A stretch of DNA of 64,000 nucleotides from a virus: positions 74,124 to 138,123 of the IMG/VR virus record IMGVR_UViG_3300045988_151219. One strand, given 5' to 3'. Position numbers and translations under genes: made by a program. Below are positions 1 to 9,017 of this stretch, piece after piece. A model generated the notes under the pieces. The model searched no databases. It worked only from the letters and a program-made list of their open reading frames with translations, and was not told the origin of the DNA. Every line of letters starts with the position of its first letter. Within the stretch, counting starts at the first letter, position 1.

Positions 1-438
1 TGAGTGTTTTTTCACTTTTTCAGAAAAGACGTCTGCCCATTTACCTTGCTCTTCTTTTACAGGCTTTAGTATATTTCCCTTTTTGTAACACCACAAGAGA
101 TATTCATGTTGATAACGTATTGTAAAAGCTGCCGGAATACCTGTGACTTTATCCCAAACAATTCTTGCATGTAATGAATATCCTAAGTCATGCATCATCT
201 TCTCTGTTTGAAATAAATATTTCTCTATCGTCCAAACAAAAAAATTATGCTTTTCTTCTGTCTTTACTTGTTGAAGTATATTCTTTATATCATTTAAAGA
301 CATTGTAGGATAATCTAAATTTTTTCCGCTTGAGTTAGGTCTTGCCACTTTCTTCCCGCCTTTCTTTTGTTCCCACGGAGGGTCAGCATAAATTATGCTA
401 TATTTTTTATTATTGCTTTTTAAATCCGTTATGACCAT
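1..438 (-). CDS. MT-A70-family N6-adenine DNA methyltransferase (N-terminal 146 codons; ORF runs off window start)
   Basis: Own minus-strand translation from ATG at 438 (absent from ORF track): MVITDLKSNNKKYSIIYADPPWEQKKGGKKVARPNSSGKNLDYPTMSLNDIK... IIYADPPW is the MT-A70 catalytic DPPW motif. The frame is open to base 1 and an AGGAGAT RBS lies upstream. Confidence 0.75.
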   Translation of the reverse strand, partial: MVITDLKSNNKKYSIIYADPPWEQKKGGKKVARPNSSGKNLDYPTMSLNDIKNILQQVKTEEKHNFFVWTIEKYLFQTEKMMHDLGYSLHARIVWDKVTGIPAAFTIRYQHEYLLWCYKKGNILKPVKEEQGKWADVFSEKVKKHS

Positions 439-471
439 TTAAATATCTCCTATTATAATAAAACTTTTTAG

Positions 472-1050
472 TTAGTTTATCCACTTTATAATAGGGTCTC
501 CTGTATAACCCTTCTCCCAAACATACCAGGCGAAAGCTACAGCCCCACCTTTAGGTAATGTCCTGTCATTATTTTTATAAGTAGTTATACGTCTTCTTGC
601 TACATATAAAGTCTTAAGCGGAAACTCTTCAAATAGTCTTGCTCTTCCCTGGCTTTCTAAAAAGAGTAGCCTAAGGAACATACATACTTTTCTTCCCTCC
701 GGAACTAAAGCCATAGCATGTGCTACAAACTCTTCCGCTGCATGATACGGTGGATTAGTTGCTATATCCCCATCCCATTTATTTAAACATTTAAAGAAGT
801 CTATTCCAATTTCTCCATATCCGCGGTCTACTAAGTCAGAAGCTCTTCCTAAAACTCCTTTCTCTTTAAAGACTTTAGCAAGTTCCCCATCTCCGCAAGC
901 ACATTCCCAAACATTATTTAAGCTTTCTACCTCTAAAAGAAGATACGCCGCTATATTATCAGTAGCATAAAAATCGTATTCCTCTCTCTTGTCTTTAGAG
1001 TGGTTGGAAGCTCCCATTGTTACAAATACATTTTTGTTTGACTTTGCCAT
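472..1050 (-). CDS. Amino-DNA methyltransferase (N6-A or N4-C), NPPY type
   Basis: Motif I-like ECACGDGELA and catalytic DIATNPPY in a 192-aa ORF. Confidence 0.8.
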   Translation of the reverse strand: MAKSNKNVFVTMGASNHSKDKREEYDFYATDNIAAYLLLEVESLNNVWECACGDGELAKVFKEKGVLGRASDLVDRGYGEIGIDFFKCLNKWDGDIATNPPYHAAEEFVAHAMALVPEGRKVCMFLRLLFLESQGRARLFEEFPLKTLYVARRRITTYKNNDRTLPKGGAVAFAWYVWEKGYTGDPIIKWIN

Positions 1051-1051
1051 T

Positions 1052-1627
1052 CTACCACCCCCTATATTTTGATAAATAAAGTAACTTCCATAAGAACATA
1101 GCCTGTATTATATTATTCCTCGATGTATTAGGTTCTTTATCTGTCTTGATATACCTCTCTATCTTAAACCCTAACTCCGTAAGTGAGTTCGCTAAATCTT
1201 CTTTGTCTTGCTCATTCTTGCAGTATTCATCTAAGCTTTCAAGCTGTAGATTTAATATAGAGAAGTCTATTCCGCTAAACTGTGTATTGCATATAGATTC
1301 TGTATTCGTATCCATAATAGTTGAATCTACAGCAAAATCTTTATTCATCTTATATACATAGTTATGAATCTCATTCCTTATTCCTGTATATAAATAGTTA
1401 AATAAAGAAGCTTTCTTTGGATTATAATTTGACCTCTGTAATAAAGACAAAGCTTTATATAATCCTACCTGCTTTAAATCTTCTTTGTCAAAAGCCGGAT
1501 TAGAATAGAAATGCCTTGCCATTACTATATCACATAAGTTACATATGTTTTTATAACCATTTTCGGTTAGTCTGAATTTGAAGTCTTCTGTGTAAAAGTC
1601 TTCTATTTTAACGTCTATCTTCTGCAA
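1052..1627 (-). CDS. Sigma-70 region-2-like transcription factor
   Basis: KEDLKQVGLYKALSLLQRSNYNPKKASLFNYLYTGIRNEIHNYVYK matches the sigma region 2.1-2.4 pattern; no clear region 4; TTG start. Confidence 0.5.
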   Translation of the reverse strand: MQKIDVKIEDFYTEDFKFRLTENGYKNICNLCDIVMARHFYSNPAFDKEDLKQVGLYKALSLLQRSNYNPKKASLFNYLYTGIRNEIHNYVYKMNKDFAVDSTIMDTNTESICNTQFSGIDFSILNLQLESLDEYCKNEQDKEDLANSLTELGFKIERYIKTDKEPNTSRNNIIQAMFLWKLLYLSKYRGW

Positions 1628-1631
1628 TTTA

Positions 1632-3794
1632 CTACCTCAAAGATTTTGTTAATATCTGAAACACACATAATAACCCTGTCTGCAACTCTAAGTCAGATTT
1701 AAAAGAATCTTCTAAAATCCACGGAGCTAACAAGAACTTTATTATCTTAAGAGTATTAGCTCCAAATAAGCTGTTAATCTTCTTAGACTGCTCCGCATAA
1801 GGCGGATAATTAACCATGGCTTTTGTCATGTCGGCTAAAACTTCCTGGAAGTCCTGCTGCACAGTTACTAAGGGAAATTTTAATATACTGTCTATTGCTT
1901 TAAAACAGGTCTCTTTATCTTTCTTTGCAATCGATTCAAGAAATAGATAAATATAAGGATGTGCTGTCCGTACAGATTGTACAAAAGCATCATGACCTAT
2001 TAAGAAGTATTTGTCTAAAAGCATGTGTGCATTTCTCATATGCCCTCTTGAACGTTTGCAAATCACATCTATTACATTATCAGGTACTTCTTTGTTTAGC
2101 TCTTTAGAAATATTCTTTAAATTCTTGAACATTTCTTCTTTTGATATACCATCAAATTTAAGCTCTATAGAACGTGACCTTATTGTCTTGAGTAATTTCT
2201 CCGGATTAGTTGTAGCAAATATAAAGAAAACTTTTTTAGGAGCTTCTTCTATAATCTTAAGTAAAGCTGCTTGCCCCACACTCGAAATCAGTTGGGCCTC
2301 GTCCAGCACTACTACTTTATAGAATGAACCTGAGGAATAGGCAAACGTATCTCTTAGTTCTCTAATATGGTCTACAGAACCCATAGCCGCTGAATCAAGT
2401 TCCATATAATACGGCGTTGTATCTAAGTCTACTGTATTATCGTGATTTATTTCTCTGGCAAAAATTCTCGCACAAGTTGTATTGTGATTATATGTACCTT
2501 GGGCGTAAAATTCATGACACTTCTCTGTTGTTATGTCATAAACATCTTCTACTGTGTCAGTGTATGATAAAATCTTAGCATATGTATACCCTATTAATTC
2601 ATCAAAACATGACGGCAAATACCCTAATTCATTCTTAAGATTAATAAGAGTCCTTTCTGTAACACATCTACCCGCTCGTAAATTATGTAAAACAGCACGT
2701 ACTCTACTCGTTTTTCTTCCTTTTACATAATGTTCTAATTCTTCCGTCATTCTTCTTGTAACTGAAATAACATTTCTGGAATTAGCTGTATTTTTATCTT
2801 CTAAAATAAACTGTCTACTTGTCCATTTAAAGTCCTGTAAAGAATGATTTTTTATATATATTTTATAATAAACATTTCCTTTATATCGTCCGGTAGTTAG
2901 TGTCTTAGGTATTATCTTTGTAGCTACCCCTAAAGACATGAAAATCTCCTGGTACCCCTTTACCAGCTTTTCAGACTTGCTCATTAATTCAAACTGATTC
3001 TTTGAAATGCACCCATCAGTATCAAATAAGCCCTGAATGAATGCTTTCCTCGTCTCTACGTCTGTATTAAAAACCCATTCCGGAACATACTTATTTCCTG
3101 CTCCGTGCATGATTTCTATACTCATCTTGTCTTTTAAAGAAGACCTTATATTATAAACGTCTTCTTTTCTCTTATCTTTAGACAGCTTCCCGCTCCAGCC
3201 TACAATTCTTTTAAATTTCTTGCAAGCTTTGAGTGAACCACAATACCCTGCTGCTGTTCTGTCTCTGCTGCACCACCCATCAGAAAGCCACACGGCTTGT
3301 GCATAAGCTAAATCAGGACAGTGTTTAGCATTCTTAAACTCTATAGGTTTCTTAGGAAATAAAATATAATCTCCTATTTTTAAATTGCCTAATGGAAATA
3401 ATCCAATTTCCCCATCTTTAAAAGCTAAGACTTTGTGTCTTAGTGTTCCCCTTACATTATTATTTACATTTAAATTTACTGTACGGACTAAAGCTTCTCT
3501 TTCAAAATATTTTGCTACTATCTTGTCTTTACCAAACCTGCCCTCTGTCTCTCCTTTACAGTCTGTAAATCCCTCGTCTATCCCTTTACAGTAATCTCCT
3601 ATTTTTACATATCCATTCTCTGTTAAAATGCGTATATCTCCTGGAACGCATTTTCCACAACCATATTCTCCATAAAGTATAAGAGACCTCGGAGCTTCTT
3701 CCGGTTTAGCTACCAGTGATTTTAATATTTTTACATTTAAATCCTGCCCTACTACTTCATCAAAAGTTGTCGGTCTGAATTGCTGCGTAATCAA
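1632..3794 (-). CDS. Clamp-loader AAA+ ATPase (DnaX/RFC-like) interrupted by an intein
   Basis: Exteins join to GEYGCGK+TTCARIF, restoring Walker A GxxGxGKT. Walker B VVVLDEAQ, sensor-1 FIFATTN, and TIRSRS box are present. Confidence 0.85.
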   Translation of the reverse strand: MITQQFRPTTFDEVVGQDLNVKILKSLVAKPEEAPRSLILYGEYGCGKCVPGDIRILTENGYVKIGDYCKGIDEGFTDCKGETEGRFGKDKIVAKYFEREALVRTVNLNVNNNVRGTLRHKVLAFKDGEIGLFPLGNLKIGDYILFPKKPIEFKNAKHCPDLAYAQAVWLSDGWCSRDRTAAGYCGSLKACKKFKRIVGWSGKLSKDKRKEDVYNIRSSLKDKMSIEIMHGAGNKYVPEWVFNTDVETRKAFIQGLFDTDGCISKNQFELMSKSEKLVKGYQEIFMSLGVATKIIPKTLTTGRYKGNVYYKIYIKNHSLQDFKWTSRQFILEDKNTANSRNVISVTRRMTEELEHYVKGRKTSRVRAVLHNLRAGRCVTERTLINLKNELGYLPSCFDELIGYTYAKILSYTDTVEDVYDITTEKCHEFYAQGTYNHNTTCARIFAREINHDNTVDLDTTPYYMELDSAAMGSVDHIRELRDTFAYSSGSFYKVVVLDEAQLISSVGQAALLKIIEEAPKKVFFIFATTNPEKLLKTIRSRSIELKFDGISKEEMFKNLKNISKELNKEVPDNVIDVICKRSRGHMRNAHMLLDKYFLIGHDAFVQSVRTAHPYIYLFLESIAKKDKETCFKAIDSILKFPLVTVQQDFQEVLADMTKAMVNYPPYAEQSKKINSLFGANTLKIIKFLLAPWILEDSFKSDLELQTGLLCVFQILTKSLR
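2481..3650 (-). mobile_element. Intein with LAGLIDADG homing-endonuclease domain (390 aa, residues 49-438 of the clamp loader)
   Basis: Starts CVPGDIRILTENGYVKIGDY (block A), has TLRH (block B) and LAGLIDADG-like AVWLSDGWC and FIQGLFDTDGCIS, and ends YNHN followed by Thr+1. Junction codons were checked on the DNA (TGC at 3648-3650, AAT at 2481-2483, ACA at 2478-2480). Confidence 0.85.
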
Positions 3795-3807
3795 AATAAG
3801 CTCCCCC

Positions 3808-4509
3808 TTAAATATTGCATCCTAATATTGACAGTTGTGTTTTGTAATATTCTTCTAAATAGTCAGCTTCATATGATTTTCCAAAATACCTATAATCTGT
3901 AAGTGTTCCTACGTCTTTTATTCCGTCAGGATGGTCAGCTATTGAAACATCAAAATATTTCTGTAGCTTATAATACTCTCTTTTGCTTCCTTTCTTTCCC
4001 TGTTCATCGTTATCTAACAGCAAGATTACTTTATTGGTAAGTGTCTTGAGTATCTCTCTTCCCATCGATGAAAGCCCTGTAGACTGCAAAGCAAATACAT
4101 ATGGATAAATCTTTCCTAAGGTATCCCTGTCTTTCAAGCCCTCTACTAATACTATAGGCGTTTGCGGTGTAAATTTCTTGTCTAAAGAAAAAATACCATA
4201 TGGAAATTCTCGATAATTACCATAGGTAATAAATTTCTTGTTGATTAAACTTCGGAATATAATATAAAAGTCTTTATCTTGAAAATGATTTACTATACCT
4301 ACTACCAGTTTTTCGTCAATAATAAAAGTCTTTAAATAAGCGGGAAGTAATGAAGCTTTTCCCGCTAACTGTATTAAAGACTGCATTGTGAATAATCTAT
4401 AGTTAGATAAGTCGTAATATAACCCCATATAAGAATACGGGTCTACTACGTCTTTCTTTTTTAGTCTAAAGCTAACTTTTAACAGTTCGCTTACTGGTAG
4501 TGTACTCAT
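3808..4509 (-). CDS. Toprim-domain protein (DnaG-type primase catalytic part)
   Basis: IVLVEGLKDRDTL (Toprim Glu) and VILLLDNDEQGKKG (DxD). Confidence 0.6.
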   Translation of the reverse strand: MSTLPVSELLKVSFRLKKKDVVDPYSYMGLYYDLSNYRLFTMQSLIQLAGKASLLPAYLKTFIIDEKLVVGIVNHFQDKDFYIIFRSLINKKFITYGNYREFPYGIFSLDKKFTPQTPIVLVEGLKDRDTLGKIYPYVFALQSTGLSSMGREILKTLTNKVILLLDNDEQGKKGSKREYYKLQKYFDVSIADHPDGIKDVGTLTDYRYFGKSYEADYLEEYYKTQLSILGCNI

Positions 4510-4510
4510 C

Positions 4511-4855
4511 CTAATCCTCTTTGTTGATTTTTTCTAATTCTTTATTTATCTGTGTGACTGTCTGCGTTAAATCACTTGACTTAGAATAATAAGAAGCTGT
4601 TATGTCTATAATAGATATTTTATTAGGCATTACTCCATATAAGCAGACAATAAATAAGAAAAGAAGTGTTGCTCTTTTTATCCTTTTCTTATTGCTTGTA
4701 TTTAAATCAATCTCAAACGGATTAGTAATAAAAACAAGAAAACATCCACCAAATAAAATACTTAATATAATTACTATAACTCTTAATGTCTCATGAACAT
4801 TGCAGTATAAATTCAAAGCATATATAACCCATGGAGATATAAACAGTTCGTCCAT
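4511..4855 (-). CDS. Small membrane protein
   Basis: Two hydrophobic helices (VIVIILSILFGGCFLVFI, ATLLFLFIVCLYGV). Confidence 0.45.
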   Translation of the reverse strand: MDELFISPWVIYALNLYCNVHETLRVIVIILSILFGGCFLVFITNPFEIDLNTSNKKRIKRATLLFLFIVCLYGVMPNKISIIDITASYYSKSSDLTQTVTQINKELEKINKED

Positions 4856-4884
4856 AATATTAAATCCTCTCTAAAAGTATCTCT

Positions 4885-4894
4885 TATATTATAC
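4885..4894 (-). promoter_or_regulatory. Class B promoter-like motif (minus strand CAGTATAATATAAGAG)
   Basis: Plus-strand tatattatac sits in the gap between stop 4889 and ATG 4855; one of 10 intergenic copies. Confidence 0.45.
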
Positions 4895-7800
4895 TGTTTT
4901 CTTCGACAAATTGTACAGTAATAATCGTCCTGTACATGTAGGACACATCTTATTATAATCGTGCTTAAACAAAGAAAAAGTTAAAGAGTTTCCACACTTG
5001 CAGTTTGCATCTACTTTCATTGTCTGGTCTACCATCTGAAAAATACAGTCCTGTAAGCATTGACGGTATGACCTCTTCGTGATTGTGGACATTACTAAAT
5101 ATGGTGAAATATAAGCCGGCAGTGACATATAAACTAAAGCTCCCGCTTTGTACGGTATAGCTAATATCTTGTCTCTTAATTCCGGCATATACTTTGTTGT
5201 AAATGTCATCAGTGTATTAAGACTCTTTCCAGCTACTTTTATATTCCAGTCTGTATTTGCCATTTTGTTTTTAAAGAAGTCTACAGAATAATCGTTTATC
5301 ACTCCTAAGTATGTTATCTCGTTTTCTCTTGACTGCTTTAAAGCATCCGCATCATCATAAACAGCTGTAACTTGACACGACTCTAATTTACTGTTTACTT
5401 CTTCTAAATGTTGTAATAAATCCTGTGCTGATACTTTTTCTTTGAAAGATACATCAAAAAGCCAGCTGCCTGTATACCAACCTCTCTGGTCGTTAGCAGA
5501 TAATAATTGACAAGAGTTTCCTTCTACAGCAAAATACTTATACGCCAATCCAGGAACAGTTTTAAAAAATTGAGATGTAACGTAATACTGTAAAGCATCT
5601 CTATTATAAAAGAACCATTTAGGATTCTGCTTTACAATAAATCTAAGTATTGTAGCTTTTCTTCCTTCAGAAAAAGAATTAATGACATCATCGTAATTGC
5701 TTTCATCATATATCTTTCTGGTAGTCATATATTTTATATGCTTGGCGTCACACGTCTGGCATCCTAAACATGTAGCATCCTCATTGGCTAAAGTCTTTAG
5801 ACACAGATTAGCCGAAAAGTCCATTTTCTGTGTCCTTTCCCACCACATCTTTTTTACTCTGTCAGTGACCGCCTGCATATAATCATTGGGAAATATCCAG
5901 TCTTTAGGACGTGCATTACAAAAAAAGAACATATCTTCTATTCCATGTTCTTTTAAGACTTTTACTACTATTTCCTGGCAGTTTCTTCGAAACCTACTGT
6001 AATAAACTGCTCCTTGTTCAGACATCTTTACTAAACAATCAGTTCCTGCCGGACCAAAATCTATTAGCAACTGCTCTATCCAGGTTCCCCCAAAGATTGA
6101 ATGTATCCTTACTCTTACTTTTCTTTTCTTCATCTCTTCTATCAGATAAAGAAATTGATTGCCAGGATAAAATGACATTCTTGCAGTCTTTCTATCAAGA
6201 TATCTAAGTGCTATATTTGTATAATAAAGCAACGGAGTTATATTCATCTGTAGGGATGTTTTAGCTCCGATTTTATCCCTGATAGCGAACATCTCGTCTA
6301 CTTCTGAAATGCATTCATCTATGTCTTCTTTAGTTTCATATCCGGTTTGGATATACCCCATTTTTAAGTGCATGATTTTTAAGCGGTAGATATTTCTTGC
6401 CGCCTGCATTATAGTTTCTCTTGATAGATTTTTATTTAAGAATTGATTTCTTAGTCTGTTGGAAAATCCCTCAATAGGTGCAGATACTCTGGATAATCCT
6501 AATTTCTTTGCAATTAACAGCTGCTCCGGTGCATGTGCTATCACGTCTAACCGTTCATTTATCAAAGAAATTTTAGAAAAGTATTCCGCCCCTTTCTTTA
6601 TCATGTCCATAAACCTATAGTAGTAGTTTAGATTATAACTATAAAAAGTTACTTTATTAGCAGCAGAAGTCTTTCTTGCATACTCTAAATTCTTCTCTAC
6701 ATTATCTAAAGTACGTTCATGATAGTTTCCGGCTATAGTTGCTTCGTGACAATTGTGAGTATAAAGCATGTTGTAGCATGTCCGATGGTTAGGCAAGGTC
6801 TCTGTAGTATATGTTACTTCTTCTCTTCCTAATTTCTTCACAGACATAACATATACAGGAAAATAATCCCCGCTCGCTAAAGCTTTAAAGATTCTCGGTA
6901 AAGAACTATAAGAATATTTCTTTAATGTCTCTATAGAAATATTATTTCCTTGATATGATACAAAAGCTTTGTTATCTTTATATAAACATAAGTGAATATA
7001 TTCTCCTGTGATTTCTACAAATTTTCCTACCATACGATATAACAGTTGAATATCTGATTTAAACTTATATTCTGTTATCTTAGTTAAATCGTTTTCTACA
7101 TACTCTAAATATTTCTCTATGCTCTCTTTAGCATAATAGAATACATGGTCAGAAACTCTTTTGTTTTTAAAGTCTTCTTCGTATCTCTCTTTTAGCTCTT
7201 TTTCAGACGGAATATACTTGCCATAAGATTCTAAACCCATCTTGATATAAAAGACATCTCTTATATTGATGTCTTTTGCTAAGACTTCTTCTTCTCTTCC
7301 TTCAGATAAAATCATCCTCATCATGCGATGGTTTTCTGAACAGGTGAATTTAGAACCATCTGATAAAGTAATTTCCATTAAAGGCTGCTTTGAAGCCTGT
7401 TTTACTGTTGTATATTGCTTTTCGTCTTCTCTTAAAAATCTTGTAGTAGGCACAGCCCCCACGTCTAAAAGAGACTCTATATTCTCAAGCCCTCTTCCTG
7501 TCGGTATCTTAGTTCCTGCCGGTACTGAAAAAGAACATAATGTAGAAGCCCCTGAACAGCCTGAGGATACCTGCACATCTATAGATGAACAGTTTGACCC
7601 CGCTAAGTGAAAAGTCTTTAAAGGAAAGCCTTCCCATTCATCAAGCTCAAGTTTATTTACTTGCACTCTTTCCGGAAGTCTTTCGTCTAAAGGCTTAATT
7701 GATTTTATTGTATAGTTGTCTTCCGCATAATCCCATTTATATTTATTGGGATAAAAAATATAGTGGTTTAAAATATTCCTCGATATTAAATACTCCATGA

Positions 7801-8473
7801 ACCCATTAGTATCATGCAGATTTTTACCCTCTTTTACTTTATAGTTGTATGCACTTTCAATCAGTGTAGGTAAAATAACTTCTCCATACCCATGAATAGT
7901 CATGTCTACTAAAGATGAGCCTAAGTCTTTCCCCTCTTCATCGTAAACATGTCCATAAAGTATCGGGGCTTCCGTTGCAGAAGCTCCCCCCATTATAAAA
8001 GGCGGAATCCTTAAATCTTTTGCTCTTCCCTCTACCGTGTAAGGTATGCCTGATTTCTTGAGTATTATCGGAATATGAAACATTTCCGGAATTAAAGCCA
8101 TTGATACTAATACTAAGTCATAGTCTTTTACCGGATGGTGGGAACAGTTACCAAAAAGATAAGGAATGTGGTTTTCTTCATAAACCTTTTCATTCCCCTC
8201 TTCGATAAAGTAACAGTTGTCTACAAAGATATCTTCGCCATGCTTTTCATGACATAGCCAATTCAAGCAGCTAAAGGAGTTAGATACTGTCTTGTGTGAC
8301 CCTGGCAGTAATAACACTACAAGTATTTTTAGTTTTGATTTATCCCATTTCTGTATAGAATCTTGGTTATTGTCTACCGCATACAGATATTCAGGATAAT
8401 TCATCTTCTTCATATTATTATCAAGAAATCTCTCTATCTCTTCATGAGTGACTTCTATTAAATCATTCATCAC
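4889..8473 (-). CDS. Giant radical-SAM protein of the TIGR03960/TIGR03936 (radical SAM + radical-SAM-linked) type, interrupted by an intein
   Basis: N-terminal B12-binding-like layout (KILVVLLLPGSHK..., YDLVLVSMALIPE..., PPFIMGGASATEAP). Cys cluster GCSGASTLCSF|C HEATIAGNYHER after intein removal. Core VSAPIEGFSNRLRNQFLNKNLS and LKMGYIQTGYETKEDI resemble FAPEAGTQRLRDVINKG and YFMIGLPTETDEDI of that family as I recall it. Confidence 0.6.
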   Translation of the reverse strand: MMNDLIEVTHEEIERFLDNNMKKMNYPEYLYAVDNNQDSIQKWDKSKLKILVVLLLPGSHKTVSNSFSCLNWLCHEKHGEDIFVDNCYFIEEGNEKVYEENHIPYLFGNCSHHPVKDYDLVLVSMALIPEMFHIPIILKKSGIPYTVEGRAKDLRIPPFIMGGASATEAPILYGHVYDEEGKDLGSSLVDMTIHGYGEVILPTLIESAYNYKVKEGKNLHDTNGFMEYLISRNILNHYIFYPNKYKWDYAEDNYTIKSIKPLDERLPERVQVNKLELDEWEGFPLKTFHLAGSNCSSIDVQVSSGCSGASTLCSFSVPAGTKIPTGRGLENIESLLDVGAVPTTRFLREDEKQYTTVKQASKQPLMEITLSDGSKFTCSENHRMMRMILSEGREEEVLAKDINIRDVFYIKMGLESYGKYIPSEKELKERYEEDFKNKRVSDHVFYYAKESIEKYLEYVENDLTKITEYKFKSDIQLLYRMVGKFVEITGEYIHLCLYKDNKAFVSYQGNNISIETLKKYSYSSLPRIFKALASGDYFPVYVMSVKKLGREEVTYTTETLPNHRTCYNMLYTHNCHEATIAGNYHERTLDNVEKNLEYARKTSAANKVTFYSYNLNYYYRFMDMIKKGAEYFSKISLINERLDVIAHAPEQLLIAKKLGLSRVSAPIEGFSNRLRNQFLNKNLSRETIMQAARNIYRLKIMHLKMGYIQTGYETKEDIDECISEVDEMFAIRDKIGAKTSLQMNITPLLYYTNIALRYLDRKTARMSFYPGNQFLYLIEEMKKRKVRVRIHSIFGGTWIEQLLIDFGPAGTDCLVKMSEQGAVYYSRFRRNCQEIVVKVLKEHGIEDMFFFCNARPKDWIFPNDYMQAVTDRVKKMWWERTQKMDFSANLCLKTLANEDATCLGCQTCDAKHIKYMTTRKIYDESNYDDVINSFSEGRKATILRFIVKQNPKWFFYNRDALQYYVTSQFFKTVPGLAYKYFAVEGNSCQLLSANDQRGWYTGSWLFDVSFKEKVSAQDLLQHLEEVNSKLESCQVTAVYDDADALKQSRENEITYLGVINDYSVDFFKNKMANTDWNIKVAGKSLNTLMTFTTKYMPELRDKILAIPYKAGALVYMSLPAYISPYLVMSTITKRSYRQCLQDCIFQMVDQTMKVDANCKCGNSLTFSLFKHDYNKMCPTCTGRLLLYNLSKKTV
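6752..7528 (-). mobile_element. Intein (259 aa, Ser1 class, residues 316-574) with no recognisable endonuclease motif
   Basis: SVPAGTKIPTGRGLENIESL fits block A (xLxxGTxIxT), TCSENH fits block B, and EEVTYTTETLPNHRTCYNMLYTHN ends in HN followed by Cys+1. Junction codons were checked on the DNA (TCA 7526-7528, AAT 6752-6754, TGT 6749-6751). Confidence 0.75.
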
Positions 8474-8482
8474 TTTCTCCTA

Positions 8483-8995
8483 CTATATGTCAAGGATTAA
8501 ATCGTCAAGCTGCTGTTCCAATGAATATTCTTTAGACGGACTGTCAAAAGGGTCAGCTAAAGAACTAAAGATATCCTCCTGTGTCTCTTCTATCTTATAT
8601 TCTTTCTGGTCATCTTTTGTATCGTCTAAAAGCTCCTGCGGAAACTTGTCAAACATCTTCTTTAATTCTTCTTCCGGATATTTAACTGCTTCCTCTATAG
8701 TTGCTTTCGCTCTTTTCGATTTCTTCTCTTCTTTGTTTATCTTTGTCTTCTTAAACTCAATACCAATTTGTTTGAGGAAAGGAACAAGTTCACCCTCGTA
8801 TGCTTGCTTCTTCGCCCCCATTGAAGTTTCTTTGTCTTTCAGCCCTAAGTAAACTTCATAGCATCTTTTGACCCTTTCCTCAAACGCTCTCAACTGCTCT
8901 TTAGGTATTGCGTCATATAAAGCTTTATTTACTTTTATTCCCTTTGAAAAAGATACCGCTCCCGATATCTTCTCTGTTGTCTCTATCATATTCAA
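8483..8995 (-). CDS. Hypothetical K/E-rich protein
   Basis: 170-aa ORF with AGGAGGAA RBS; no motif recognised. Confidence 0.5.
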   Translation of the reverse strand: MNMIETTEKISGAVSFSKGIKVNKALYDAIPKEQLRAFEERVKRCYEVYLGLKDKETSMGAKKQAYEGELVPFLKQIGIEFKKTKINKEEKKSKRAKATIEEAVKYPEEELKKMFDKFPQELLDDTKDDQKEYKIEETQEDIFSSLADPFDSPSKEYSLEQQLDDLILDI

Positions 8996-9007
8996 TTCCT
9001 CCTTCTC

Positions 9008-9017
9008 TATATTATAC
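9008..9017 (-). promoter_or_regulatory. Class B promoter-like motif (GTAGTATAATATAGAG)
   Basis: tatattatac lies 13 nt upstream of ATG 8995, which would give a very short leader. Confidence 0.35.
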
